Source: the human T2T-CHM13v2.0 reference genome, Homo sapiens. From it: a stretch of 64,000 nt of DNA. Made by a program: the position numbers and the translations under genes. The stretch is taken from NCBI RefSeq assembly GCF_009914755.1, contig NC_060932.1. One strand, 5' to 3'. This document shows, in pieces, positions 1 to 15,120 of this stretch; positions within the stretch are counted from its first letter, which is position 1; the number at the start of each line of letters is the position of its first letter. Below the pieces are notes generated by a model. It was not told where the DNA came from. It saw only the letters and a list, made by a program, of their open reading frames with translations, and ran no database searches.

Positions 1-504
1 AATATCTGTGTAATCCTTTGTTACTTTCTATAGAAATGAAGACTAATTTACAGTAAAATTATTAAAAAATGTTTGGTAAGCAAAGTCAATTTAAAGTGCT
101 ACTAATTTATTGGAAAATATGAAGCTAACATCTTAATTTTGGAGTAAATTAACAAACAATATTTGCTTTCTAGGCATCTTGAATTCTCTTGCTGAAGATA
201 CCATTTCAAATAGAGAAATAAAAAGATGCTAAAATATTTGCCTTTATAAAATGAGTAAATTTTCTTGAATAATTTATTTGATAATTTATTTATTAACAAG
301 AAATAAATTAACTTATTATTTTTTCAAAATATTCCAAAAATTCCTAAGGTTTTAAATATCTTTTGCAAAGGTCATAAGTGACCAAAATCTAAACATCTAC
401 AATGAAAACTTATTATTAAGTTAATAATAAGTATATATTTGAGAAAATAAAACCTTTAAATGCTCCAGAGAATGATAAATATGTGATTGAAAAACAGTAA
501 TTAA

Positions 505-912
<408 letters not shown>

Positions 913-1384
913 TGAAAAGCTAGGGTTTTCTTTGTCCTCAATTAATTTGAGTTAATAAGTGAATAGTTATTTAAGCAATAACAAAAAATATTATTTACAC
1001 AATCATTGGCATATACAGGTACATGTCCTTTGTTCCAGAGTGATGTGAGTTCAGAAATGCTATGTTTGAAAAGATAGTAGAAAGCTTCTGAAAAACCACT
1101 TTAATAATGTCTTTTCCATATATTTTCACAAAGGTTCATTAGAGCCTCTGGCCTACTAAAGGATCAGTAATGGCATGTTTTAACAGAAATAGTGATGATA
1201 TATGAAGATTGGAATTAGAGCCTGATATGAATAAACTTTGCCAGTACAGATGCAAATTGGAATATCAAAGAAATAAGGTTTAAAATCCCACCAAACTGTA
1301 TCTTTAATGCTCAGCAAATATTAGTCATATTAACAAAGAATGCAATAATTTCTCAACCTCAGTAATTATGAATCAATTATTTTA

Positions 1385-1499
1385 ATAAATCGCCTCTCCT
1401 CTCTCTCTTTTCTCTCTGTCTCTCTCTCTCTCTCTGTCTGTCTCTCTCTCTCTCTCTGTCTTAGTGGTTCTGTCTCTCAGGAGAACCCTGACTAATACA
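1385..1499 (+). mobile_element. MLT2 (ERVL LTR) 3' fragment with (TC)n microsatellite
   Basis: (CT)n tract 1393-1460 followed by the MLT2 terminus ggttctgtctctcaggagaaccctgactaataca. Confidence 0.7.
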
Positions 1500-2724
1500 A
1501 TGATGATATGTGTATATGAATTTGTTCTAATCCAAAGAAACAGCAGATCTATTTGAAACAAAACCATCTATTAAAGCAACCATCATACCAACTGGTTCAA
1601 ACAAGAAGCCCATTATCTTAATTGAAAATATTTGCAGTTTTTTGTTGGTTTGTTTTTGTTTTTGTTGTTTTTCCATTATCTTCTTTGACAACAGCCTTTA
1701 GGAGTTTCTCTCAGAATTAACCTTGACTAGGACCCAAGGAAAGAATGAGAAGTTTTGATCTTTCTTCCTGTTTATATTTTTTATTCTTACTCAGCACTAC
1801 ACATATTTTCTATGCACCAAGAGGGAGAAAAACATACAATAAATTACATGAGTCTTACTTTGATGACCACAAATAAATTCCCATTTTCTGACATGTACCT
1901 TATATTCTGGTTTCATAACAAATAGAGAAAATGAGTCAATGACATTTACTTAAAATCTTCAGTAGCTAAAATAGGACATTGAATGACAGAAACAAATCAT
2001 TGGATATTTAAACAATTACTATATTCAAATAGTACTATATGGACACTAATTAGTTGTAATTCACTACTGTATTAATTTATCTTGTTGATCCTATTACCGC
2101 AGGCACAAGTGTTGATGTTCTATAACTTGAATTTATTTGCCTAAGATCTAAAGTGATGGCTATGACTAGTTTCCATTCATCAATTCCCATTTTCATTATG
2201 TTTGAATTTCAGATAAATTTGATTTAAGATCAGTAGCCCATAGCAATTTTACTGAGATGAAAGAAGATGAAAATAGAAAGATGAAAAATTGAACTGACAA
2301 GGCTGTGTGGAAAGTTAGTGATATACAGTCACTAAACCCTCTCTCTGTTGGATTTCATAAACAGCTCACAGAAGAGGTGCAAAATAAAAGACAAGCAACA
2401 TTCACTCATTGGATGATTATTTAACATGCCATTTACAGTGCAATATTTAAATGCCTACATTAAGTGATCTCACTTAAGACTTTTTTTTAGTATACACAAA
2501 GCAAACTTGCATTGAGGAAGACATTCAATACAAATGTACACCATTCCTAAACCATTAGGTCATAAATTAAAAGCTATATCTAGAAAGGACAATAATTTGA
2601 GTTTATAAAATATCAGCACCAGGGAAACATATTAGTTAGTTGTGTATGTGTAATAACTTAAAGTTTTAATTGAAAGTAATGATATATAAAAAATTAGGAT
2701 ACAAATGAATATAATTTAATAATG

Positions 2725-3540
2725 TATTAATTCATTCACTCAAGCAATATTTAATGAGTGCCTAGAACACAATAAAAATTGGCAGAGATTTTTATTCAGT
2801 GGTGAACAAAACTGACACTGCCCTTCCCACATTGAGCTTGAATTCCAGTGAGAGTCATAGAAAATAAACTATCACTTTTGGCCAAGCAGGATAAGTGTAG
2901 AGGAGATTATGAGGTGCTAGAAGAGCAAGGTTTGGCTACCAACCCATGATTTGGGTGGTAGGAAGAGGGTTAAGGACATCACCTGATGACAGCAACTTCC
3001 AAATAGATTTGTATACCAGTAAATATTAACCAAACTAAATGAAAGGATCAAGTGCTTCAGGAAGAATGAGCCAGATCATAAGGACCTTGTAAGTTACATT
3101 TATTACTTTTGTAATTTAACTAAAAGGCACATCAATCGAAGTATTTAAAGCTCAAGAAGACATGGGAATATCTTATTAAAATTGTGTAGGCTACAGTATA
3201 GAAAAGAAATAAGAGGTGGCCTACCTTGATGGCAACGGGATGTTTTGAGAAGCTGTGAATGTTTTGAAAGGTGATAGTTGTCTGAATTTGGATAAGCAAA
3301 GGAGATAGAGAAAAGTGAACAAATTTAAATGATAAATAGGCTTTAGAATTGACAACACATCGTGATTTAGTAGATATGTGTAGGATCGAGAGGCCATATA
3401 GGAGAATAGGATGGAGTAGAATATGCCCCAGCTTTGGAGCTAAATCCACTATAAAGATAGTCTTACTATCTTTAGTAGTTCTTGAGTTATTGGGACAAAA
3501 TAGATTGAGAAAAGGGAAATAATGAATTGCTTTTTCTGCG
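2725..3540 (-). mobile_element. L2 LINE remnant
   Basis: ttcattcactcaagcaatatttaatgagtgcc is the reverse complement of the L2 3' end; purine-rich degenerate L2 body follows; boundaries approximate. Confidence 0.6.
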
Positions 3541-3589
3541 TATTTAAGTGGGTCTGCTGTGTAGGTGTTCTCTGTGGGACTAGATTATG

Positions 3590-3790
3590 TGGGTTTAACA
3601 ATCCAATGCTGTCATTTACTGTGAATTTTAGGTGTGTTATTTAAGCTTTCCATAATCAAGTATGGATATCAATAGAAACAAAAGCATAGGGTTACTGTGA
3701 TTATTCAAAGAAAAAATAGAGTGAAACATTCAGATTAGGGCCAGGTACATAATAAGCACTCAATAATCTTACATATTGTATCATTATTAG
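3590..3790 (+). mobile_element. MIR SINE remnant
   Basis: Degenerate MIR core and tail ggtacataataagcactcaataa. Confidence 0.55.
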
Positions 3791-4919
3791 ATACATATGA
3801 AATATTCAAGAAGACATTCCAGAAATGAGACCGGCTACACAGATTTTATGTGAACAGTGTTTTGGCTTGGAGGTATAGATTCAGGAATTATCAGAACAGA
3901 GTTATTTGAATGACAAAATAACAGCACTTCTAGAATCATGAAATAATATAGAGACAAAAGAGAAATGGATCTTTGCTGGCAGATTAAAAATGGGCAATTA
4001 GAAAGTTAGGAGAAAAAGAGAATATATTATATCAGCATCAGTGAAGAAATCTGTCAAAATGGATATGCTTCAAAAATAAAATCCTATATGTGACAAATGA
4101 AAATGGGCTGGAGAAAATCAAGGAGTCAAGGTAGATTTCAAGATGTTGTACAACCTGGTAAATGACAGTGCTATTTCTAAGGTTGGAGGAAAGATGAGGT
4201 TTGAGGTGGGAAAAATTAGGCATCACCAGTAAATGTCGATATAAAAGAGGATTTGATCACTTTTAGTTTTAAAAATGGAGAAAAGAAATAGGATATAATC
4301 AAGAAAAATATGCACGAGTGAGGATGAATTAGGAAAACGCAGAGAACATGTCACTGGAGCCAAAGGAAGACGGAGGAAGAGTTAACAGAGTAACAAATAA
4401 TGTTGAAGATGAAGACCTTGGCATAGGCCACCAGCAGCAGAGAGAACCAGATAGGACCAGAGCCAAGCCAAGGTGGCTTAATCTCATGTTCAAAGTTCCC
4501 AGAAGGAATGTGTATATGTGTGATACAAAGTGATAAAATTAAATTCTGCTGGTTAAAATCAAAACCTAAAATAAGACAAACACTAAAACACACGATGTAA
4601 TGAAGCCTAGCATAATGTTTTTTGAACAGTCGTGTTCTTGATCAAAAAGCATAATGAGTATGATCTGTGGCAAACTCTCTCGGTCATATATACTTATTTG
4701 TATAGGCAGGTTATTCTCTTCAAATATCAGCTCCCTTAGCTATAAAATAAACCATACTCCATTATGTCAAAATTTGAGTGCTTTTTTTTTGTATCAAAGA
4801 AATTCTGGTTTTAAACCATGTAAAATACATCAGATGTCTTGATTACAACTGATTAATGAGTATTGCACAGTATGTATACTGATTTATCTACTGATTATCA
4901 TTTAAAATATATATGTTTA

Positions 4920-5310
<391 letters not shown>

Positions 5311-6189
5311 TAAGCACTTTTTTTTTCTACATTTGTCAACACTTAATTCTTAGTCACCAGTTTTTGACAGACTAAACAAGATAAGCTAAGAGTCATGACC
5401 TGAGTTGGTATCATGAAACATTTTTGAAAAGCATTTTCCACTAAAGACCCACGCATTTTTATTTCTTCTGATGAGTTTTCGCCCTTGAATTAGAAAATTG
5501 ATAATTTTACTATGATGCTTTGACAATTTATTACTACTATTACTTCTATTTTCATCATCTTTTTGTACTTTTCAGACTTAGAAACATGAACATTTTATGT
5601 TTCTGCTGTTATATGAAATATTGTCAGCTAATATTTTAGTCTTATTTATCTTTGTTTTGTTAATCAGTCATAGGCCAATTTTCTGCAAAATTGATTTTCA
5701 TCTGTCTCTTGGTATAACACAATATTGTTGATCATGCAGTTTTCTCAATTAGACATGCTGTGCATCTCTATCCCGCTGCATTTCACCTCATTTGTATACA
5801 CTTAAAATTTTAGAGATAATTATTAATCAAAACACAGTTATTTTGCTTTCAGTAGCAAACAAGAAATGAGACCATGTTGCTATGATTTTTCTCCAACTAG
5901 AGTTGAAGAAATGGTCAGACCATTTTTATTAGCACTAGTGTATATACCATAACTATAATATATTGTTTACTTAGTGACCACAGCTATTTCCCTTATGAAA
6001 TAAAAGATATTCATCATTCAGACCATAACTTTGTTAAATGTTTTCTTTTCATGTATGTTTATGTTGAAAACACTTATAATATATGAGAGTAAATCTAAGA
6101 AAGTAGTTTATAAAACATTTTATCTTACTAAATTCTGAATATAGTATGTTTCTATTCTATAGCTATTGCATTATAAGATTATGACATAA

Positions 6190-7215
6190 AAGTCAAATAA
6201 AGACAGCTGGGATATAATTAAACTACAGAGCATCTGCACAGTAAAAGAAAGTATCAACAGAGCACGTAGACAACCTAAAGAATGGAAGAAAGAAGATACT
6301 TGCAAACTATGCAGCTGACAAAGGCCTACTACCCAGAATCTGTAGGAAACTTAAACAAATCAACAAGCAAAAAACAAACAACCTTATTAATAAAATGCAC
6401 AAAACTTTTCAAAAGAGAACATAAAATTGGGCAAGAAACATATAAAAAATGCTCAGCATCAGCAGTCATCAGAGAAATTCAAATCAAAACCACAGTGAGA
6501 TACTATCTCATACCAGTCAGAAAGGCTATTACTAAATAGTCAAAAAACAGCAGGTGCTAGTGAGGCTGCAGAGAAAAGGGAATGCTTATACACTGTTGTT
6601 TGGAATGTAAATTAGTCCAGCCACTGTGGAAAGCAGTCTGGACTTTTTTAAAAAAAAATTAAGACAGAACAACCATTTGACCGAGCAATCCCATTACTGT
6701 AGACATATCCAAAAGAAAATATGTTATTCTACCAAAAAGACATGCACTCATATGTTCATTGCTGCACTATTCACAATTTCAGACATTTGGAATCACTCCA
6801 GGTACCTATCAATAGTAGATTGGATAAAGGAACTGTGATACATACATACCATGGGATACTATGAAGCCATCAAAAAGAATAAAATAATATCCTTTGCAGC
6901 AACATGAGTGGAGTTGTAGGCCATTATCCTAAGTAAGTTAACACAGGAACAGAAAATTCCAATACTTCATAGTTTCACTTGTAAATGGGAGCTAAGCATT
7001 GAACAAACATATATGTATACATAAATACAGAAACAATAGAGACTACTAGAGGATGAAGGGAGGGGGTAGGTTAAAAAACTACCCATTAGGTAGTATGCTA
7101 ACTATCTTGGTGATGGGATTTGTACTGCAAACCTCAGCATCATGCAATATTCCCATGCAGCAAATCTGCACATATACTTTCTATATTTAAAACATAAGTT
7201 GAACTTTTTAAAAAA
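6190..7215 (+). mobile_element. 5'-truncated L1 (L1PA15/16 or L1PB-like), ORF2 C-terminus plus 3'UTR
   Basis: ORF remnants IREIQIKTTVRYYLIPVR and CTHMFIAALFTI...DWIKEL match the L1 ORF2 C-terminus; L1 3'UTR follows. Confidence 0.9.
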
Positions 7216-8647
7216 ATGTAAATGGAAATATAATAAGCAATTTCAGTGGCTTGACACAAAGTAATAGAATGTTGGACTTTATTCTACTCCAAAAATGCAT
7301 TTATTATGTTCTTCATGATAATGAAAAAAGAATTGAAGGAGATCTATTAACTATAAGCTGCTTTAAGGAAATAAAACCATAATATAGTAACATACTTGGT
7401 ATTTCCTCAAATGAATCAACTATTTAAAACTTTTAGAAAATTAGAAAACTTTAAATTTGACTGTGTAGTTGACGGTATTATTAGATTGTTCTCATCTACA
7501 AACAGGTAGTAAACATTAGGGCTCTCCTATTAAAAGGATGCCTTTCTTAAGAAATACACTTTTGATTAATTATTTTTGGATGTATGGATAAAAATCTGAG
7601 TTTTCCCAAAAATAATTCTCTATGAGTAACATAACTGTGGATACAAATGAAATAAAACAGTCATTTGTTGATAATTACTTGTTGAAGCTGCTGATGCATT
7701 CACAGCCTTTATTATACTTTTCTTCTTTTTACTATATTTTTGAAAATTTCCATTATATTTGATTTCAAAATCTTTCCTTAAATCTATAATTTTATTTTTG
7801 AAATGTTTTCCAATGTTAGGTGAGGAAGAAGAGAACCATATTGACAACAGCATATAAGGGTAATTATTTTCCCAGTATGATTTAATCAATGAAACAGAAA
7901 TAATAACTTATCAGATGAATGTATTATAAAAGTAATGTATTAGAAATGAAAATATTAGATTTTCATAATTGTGATCAGAATGATTGTGCACTTGTGACAC
8001 ATGATAGATCCACAAAAATATTATTGGAATTAACTACATAACTTAGGAAACAAATACATGCTAAACAACCAATCAGAAAGAAAAGAATATGCTATCTATT
8101 GATAATATTATCACAAATACTAGTATTTGTGAAAGTTAATTTTCAATAAATTAAAATAAACAAAAAAGATAAGAATACAAATTACCATAATCCCAGAATC
8201 CAGAAATACTTATTCCTAATATTTTGATTAATGTATTTTCACATTTTTCAACTTTTTCCATACTTTTACTATTTTGTTGCATAATCACAATAATGTACAT
8301 GTATGCCTACTTTTAACAGTTAAAATTATAAAGTAAGTTATAAAATAAATATTTGCTTATGCCAGTTTTGTAGGTTTGAATTCTATGTGCCATAATATTT
8401 CACAGAGCCTTTTTTAGATATTGATATTATTGTGTATGCATAATATGTTCCTTTTGACCAAATATATAATTATTTTCAAACACTTGAAAATTTATTCATT
8501 AATTTTCATTGCAATAGTTAATTTGATAAAAATGTCAAATCTCTTGGAAAATAATGTGATATTATTATACTGATAATTTGGTCATACTATTGTCAAGAAA
8601 AATATTTAAGATGAGACTATCTAGTTGAATAAAACTATATTTAAATT

Positions 8648-8950
8648 CAGACCTGTAAATCCCAGTGCTTTGGGAGGTATAGGCAGGAGAATCCCTTGAA
8701 GCCAGGAGCCCGAGGCCAGCCGGGGCAGCACAGCAAAAGCCTGTCTGTTAAAATTTTTTTAAAATTAGCCAGTTGTAGTGGTGCATGCCTGTAGTCCCAG
8801 GTATTTGGGAGGCTAAGGTAGGAGGATTGCTTGACACCAGGAGTTTGAGGTAGCAGTAAGCTATGATAGCACCACTGCACTCCAGCCTGGGAGAGAGGAA
8901 AGGAGTTTATTAAACTACTTAAATACTTAGGGACCCTGTCTCTAAAAATT
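8648..8950 (+). mobile_element. AluJ, 5'-truncated, with a short non-Alu insertion near its 3' end
   Basis: J-type ggaggattgcttga...ccaggagtttgagg; extra ~35 nt between ctggga and gaccctgtctct. Confidence 0.85.
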
Positions 8951-9384
8951 GAGTAAATTAATGAAGCCTATTTGTCTACCATTTAATAATTCAATATTTT
9001 TATGACATCTTATTTGTGGACTTTTTTCCTAGTGACATATTATTTAGAGTCAATTGATTTAACAGATGCAAAAAAAGGATTATTGAAGAAAAATTAGTTT
9101 TTTGTCACATCAGAAACAAATTCTTGTATCATTTTCTTATACAATTTGGTGAAAATTAATTATTGAACATGAGATAAAAACCAACTCTAGCACAGTTTAA
9201 ATTAGTCAATTCTAAATTCTACCTCTAGCCTGCTGGATATTAACCTTTCTATGATACAGGTACTTCCATAGGTATGTGATTTTCATTTTATCTGCCTTCT
9301 GCCTACAGTTGAATTGTACGCTAACCTTCCCTTATTCTCATGTCAAGGTGATAACATTGTTCCAGATAGGTTTGGGTTACATAA

Positions 9385-9850
9385 TGTGGTGGTTAATTTT
9401 GTGTCAATTTGACCAGATCACAGAGTACACAGATATTTGGTCAAATATTACTCTGGGTTTTTCTGTTAGAGTGTTTGTTTTTGGATAAGATTAACATTTA
9501 AATGAATATACTAAGTAAAGCAGATTGCCCCCTTAATATTGGTGAGTCTGGTTTGATTGGTTGGAGGCCTAAATAGAAGAGAAAGGCCAATCCCTGCCTC
9601 CCACCAGCCAACTAAAAGAGAACTCTTCTTGCCTGATGGGCTTTGAACTGGAACACTTGTTTTTTTCACACTAGAACTGAAACATTGACTATTCCTGGGT
9701 CTCCAGGATGCCAGTCTTTGGACTAGAATGGCACCATCAATTCTCCAGGTTGCTGACTTATCCTGAAGATCTTGGGACTTGCCTGCCTTCATGATCACAT
9801 GGGCTAATTCCTTATAATTTATCATTCAATTATCTATCTATCCATCTCTC
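9385..9850 (+). mobile_element. MLT2 (MLT2D-like) ERVL LTR
   Basis: Start tgtggtggttaattttgtgtcaatttgac; internal gtaaagcagattgccc; gatcttgggactt...aattccttataa. Confidence 0.8.
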
Positions 9851-10323
9851 CATCTATGTATTTATTTACAAAGCAATATACAAATAATTGAAATTTACTG
9901 CTCAAATTCTGCATGTATTCTGAGAAAAGGTGGATGCAATAAAGAAACTGTAATAGTGTGTGGCTTACCCAGAGTGAGACACAGTCAGAAATGTTTTTTA
10001 TAAAAATTAAATCTACATAATCAGAAACCCATATGTGTGTACTCCATAGATTATTAATATGAATTCTTTCAATCATTTACATATTCATTGTTAAAATACT
10101 TTGTATTGATTACTGCATTACTCAGCTTCTGTTAAGTATTAAGTGATCATCCCCAAAAATCATACATATGCAACATTAGGCATTTATTTCTTGTTCTCGG
10201 GTTTCCCTGTTGGTTTGGGCAGTTTGGCCACATTTCAGCTCCATACATAGCTGCCAAGAGCATGTTCTTATAGAAGATGTGAAGAGGGCACAAAGGATTC
10301 ATCCTCTCCCTAAATGTCATAGA

Positions 10324-10359
10324 TAGGTAGGTAGGTAGGTAGGTAGGTAGGTAGGTGGG

Positions 10360-10403
<44 letters not shown>
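10324..10403 (+). repeat. Compound tetranucleotide STR (TAGG)8 TGGG (TAGA)11
   Basis: Counted directly in the sequence. Confidence 0.95.
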
Positions 10404-10406
<3 letters not shown>

Positions 10407-10451
10407 AAATTATAGATAAATAATATATAGGGGTTCCATGTAACTTGTCGT

Positions 10452-10930
10452 GTGAGGTCTAAAATTAAATATGTGCTGCCTTGACATTTGGTAAAATGAG
10501 AAGGGCCTCAAATGACCTAATTGGCAAGATATCTGCCTGCTCTGCTCTTGCAGATGACACCTAGTCAAAGATACCTCCTTATCTCAGAGAACAGGTATAC
10601 TTTCTGCTTATCTCTGAGTGGTGGGTTTCAGTTTCCTGTTAGCCTTCAGAATTATGCAAACAACATAAGGACTTCCCCACAAGGAAACCAAAAGTCGCTC
10701 TACTCTAGATTCTACAAAGCCTGCCTCCCACAGTACCTGGTTGTTCATTCCATTCCCAAATGCAGCTGCCAAATTTGGCATGGGTTGTCCTCCTCCACTG
10801 GACTGTGAGTGTAAGTGACTAATGAACTGCTGTCCATTTCATCTGTCCAGTGTTAAGAGTCATGTGTTCAGCCATCTTCATAATCCTAAGGCAGGAATTC
10901 CTCCCTTATTAATGGGGTTAATAGGACACA
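10452..10930. mobile_element. Probable ERV1 (MER4-group-like) solo LTR
   Basis: TG...CA bounded ~480-bp block with LTR-like motifs (tgctgccttgacat, gtgactaat); family not certain. Confidence 0.5.
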
Positions 10931-12048
10931 ATAAAAATATAACATATGAAAAATAGGTAAAAGCATGAATTGAAATGCTTAGGCATTCAGGGCCTTTTCT
11001 AGATTTTGTTCTGACAGTGCACATGTTGCAGCATATTCATAAACAATATTAATATGAGGCAAGTAACAGAGAGAAACAGATCTGAAGGTTTATAATTTCA
11101 GTTATTGCATTTTAAAATAATAATATACCTCAACATTGCTTCTCACCATTCCCCCTTAAATTCTCCCACCTGCCCTAGTTCTCTTTTCGAGGGAATAAGT
11201 CCATTCTTTTTCCTGTAATAAAATTATAAAAGCTAATAATATTTCTAATGTGTATTTAAATAATGGTTCGGAGCCAGTTTATTCAAAAATCACATGTTGA
11301 CTAACTTAACCATAGTTTTGGAAAGTATGCAATTTTTTACCATCTGGCAAAAAAACCTGTCTTCATTAATTTTGACATTAATAATGATTTTTAATAAAAC
11401 TTCTCTGAGTTGTAAGCTAGAATATGATGGACCACTTGAGGCTCTATTGTATATATATACATATATACTTTTTTAACCTAGTAACTCAAATAGTATTTAA
11501 TGTGTTATAATGCACATAGAATTTATCTAGAGCTGGTATAAATAGCAAGGTACAAATATGATTTATCATGTTTCCATATCATTTTAAGTATTTTTTGGCT
11601 ATCATGAATATTTATAAATAAGTGAAAAGATTATTATTATTTGCAACTCTGTTCAAGTTTCACTGTTGAAAAGCTGAGACTGTATAAACATGTCTAAAAG
11701 CTGTACTATTCCAAAATCTTGTAGATGCAAAGTTATTTTATTTAAAAAAGTATATAGAGAGAGTTATCCTGAGCTTCAGACTTCTGTATCAGCATTATCA
11801 TCTAGAATTCTATTAGTGTTTCCATTTTGGTCTAAAGCATCATTATCTCTTTCCAGTATTGTTTCAATAGCCTCCTAAACTGATCTCACTACATCTTCTC
11901 TATACTCCCTAGAAACTGTTCTTCATCCTGCTGCTATTTTAATTTCCTTTTGAATGTGCATAATTTTGTGGCACTCTTCTAATCAAAATTATCCAATAAC
12001 CTCCTATCTCAGAGAGAAAAACAAAGTTTATATATATATATATATATA

Positions 12049-12211
12049 TGTGGTTTTCAAATTTGACTCTACATTCAGTCATCAGGGATTTTCAAATTTG
12101 TTATGGCTAAACCTTAGCCCAGATCAACTGAATCAGAATTTGTGGAGTTGGTAACCAAGCAATGGTACTTTCATAGTGATCTTAATGGGCAACTGGGGCT
12201 GATAACCACTG
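12049..12211. mobile_element. MER5A1-like hAT-Charlie DNA transposon MITE
   Basis: Terminal inverted ends gtggttttcaaa ... tgataaccactg; internal aatcagaat motif. Confidence 0.75.
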
Positions 12212-13399
12212 ACAATTGTGTTCTAGCTCCTACTTCTCTATAACTTTATCTAGCACATTCTTTCTTGCCAACTCTACTGCAGTCACATGGCCTGGTGGAT
12301 AGTCCTCAAACTGCTACTGCCATTAGATAAAGAAGGATCTCCTTTTCTGAGCTGGATATTTTAAATGGTTCTAGTCGGCCTTCCTGTAGCAATACTCTTC
12401 CCCTAAATGGGAGTCTGTGGAGACAGAGAATGTACCAATGCACATACCAATTCTAGAATATGCTACAAACACCTGGAATCCCATGATTCCCTATCAAAAA
12501 GATTCTAATCCCACCTCCAGGGCCTACACAAGCCTCTTCCCTGGACCATCTTCACAAGTGTGGTGGCCCTGAGTGGCCAAAGGCTGTGTTCATTGGGAAG
12601 TGAATAAGAGATTGGATATGCAAGGTAAATTCCCACAAACACATGTGACCCTTTGTGGTGTGATACAAAAGCCCAGGGTGGAAAAAGAAAAGGGGTGAAC
12701 ATCAGTCTGGTGTCCCACTTTGAGGGCTTGCCCTTCCCACAATGGTATATGCTCCTGTGTGGAATTTCAGAGTCCCAAATTCCAGGTCATTATAAAAGTT
12801 TAATTGTCAAATATAGATTATAATGATTTGTTAACTTGATTTATAGTTTTAAAGTATTTAAATATATGGTTTATAAACCTCTATTTGTACTTTGGTCCAT
12901 GACCCTACAAATGTTAAGAATGGGCGATCTTGAACACGTGAAGCATGATATTGTCTTGAGGACTTTGCGCTTTTGTTCCCTCCGCTGGTACCTCCCAGAG
13001 TTCTTCATGGCATTGTATCCCACTTCAACTCTCTGTTTAAATATGATTTTGTCTATGAGGTCTCTTCTAATACTCTTGTTTTGAATGATAATTTGCCTCC
13101 TCTCCAAATTCTAACATGTTCTGTTCTCTAAAGTTTGCAGTATATTTCTCCAAAAGCTTATCATTGTTGTGTCCTCTGGTGAAAATATTATCCCATGGAA
13201 ACAAACACCTATATTTTGCAGAGCCCCAAATTCTAGGAATTTGAGAAAGAAAAGCAAAATGTCACGAGTGAATACAAGAGGTAGTAGAAATGACTCTCAT
13301 TTTCACCCTTTGATTTCTGGACAGTTAATTTTGAATAGGAGAAGAACATAAAAAACTATATAGTGGTTTCTGATATGAAGCATATACCATATTATGAAA

Positions 13400-15120
13400 G
13401 TCATTATTTCAGTCTGCAAGGTGTTTGCTGCCCAGCTGGTACCATAACTAAGTAGTCAGAAACAGCTAACCCATCATGCTCTCAGGCTACCTGCTTCAGT
13501 GTAGTGAGGGAAATGGTAAGACTCGTTATGTCAACAAGTGTGAGCTCTTTGCCTAACCTTGTTTGTTATAAAATAACTTCCATATTCAAAAGGAATGATG
13601 TGAAGAATACTGAGGGGGTCATTAAGGTATTTGATAAGTCCATAGATGATGAGTTTGACTAAAGCATTTTGGATAGGAAAGTTAAATTAATAACCAGAGT
13701 ATGTCTTCTAGAGAAGACAAAGCACTGCCCTTTTCACAATGAAAGCTGTTCAATGTAATCAGCATGCCAGTATCCCCCTGGGGAATGGCACAGTATTAGA
13801 ACTTAGTATTGATCTCTGCTGTTGGCATGTTGGTCACTCACCCATAGTTAGCCAGATCAAGCTGGCTGTCAAAGCCCCATATTACTGAGCACAGCGTAAC
13901 ATCCATCCCTGCTGATATAACCACTAAGTTCCTATGCCCACTGGGCTACAACAGAGATATCTGGGCAGAGACTGATTTGCATCCACAGAACAGTTCCGCT
14001 TGTCCACATGGGTTTTAAGATTGCCATCTGCTGAAATGCTTTTTGGCTTTCCTTCATATGGAACACAAATATCATTATATTTTGTGCCCATTCAGAGGAA
14101 GTTTATCTACATAATTCTTCCCAGAATTCCTTGTCACCAGTTTCCCAATTGTGTTCCTTCCACATCCCTGATCATCCAACCAGATAATTTGCCACTTGTC
14201 ATGAATGACTTTAGACCATTACGTCTGGCATTTTCTTCTTCTGGTAAAATGAACAATCAGATGTACTGCTCAAAATTCTGTCCACTGGACAGATTTTCCT
14301 TTATCATTATTTTTAAATGATTTTCCAGTATGAGGCTAAAACTTTGTAGCTCTCCACATTCAGGTAGTATCAACATATTATGTAGAATCATTTATAATGG
14401 ACATAAGAAACCATATCAAGTATTGAAAGTGAGGAAGCAATTTAACAGGCATATGAACAATGGACATGTGGACCACTTTCTAAGATGTCTTATCTGAGCC
14501 TTCAGGACTTACTTGAACTCAATCTCATATATAACAATTTTGCTTGATGATGAAGTGCTGCTTTGCTCACCTAATTTTATGGTTCAGTCAGCCAGACGAC
14601 AACCTTTTCATGATGTTCACATGATAAATTTGTTGTTAATGGTCAAGCATTCAGTCTCTACTCAGGCTCTGTAACATGCGCAGATCTTTTTCTTAAATGA
14701 GAATAGTTATCCCTAGAGGGTGGTGTAATTTTGTTAAAATCTTTAGAGGTGCATTATGATTATCTGCACATGCCTGCCAAGTGCTCTGTACAGCATACCT
14801 GGTTGTCATAGAAATGTCAAGAAAAATTGGATCTGCTGAGTCATATGGTCCAAGTGGCAGAGCAGTTTGCAAGCAACCTGGACCTGCTGAAGAGCCTTTT
14901 CTTGATTGGAGCCACACTCCAAACTAGTAGCTTCTCAGGTTACTTGATAAAAGTTTTGGATTAGCAAGCCCAAGTGAGGTATTTGTCACTTTGTAAATCT
15001 AAAAATCTCAACAAACTTCATGACTCTTAATTTAAGGAGGGGACAGTTGCAGCAATTTGTCTTTAATTGAGAAATTGTATCTTACATTGTCCCAGGCTGC
15101 TAAATCACTACAAAGCATGA
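13400..15120 (-). mobile_element. Ancient ERVL (HERV16/ERVL-E-like) internal pol remnant (RT connection/RNase H)
   Basis: Minus-strand translations LPLGPYDSADP, VETECLT and MWKEHNWETGDKEFW resemble ERVL pol motifs (PLGPYDPADP, LVETERLT, WKEHDWKIGDKEIW); broken by stops and frameshifts. Confidence 0.8.
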
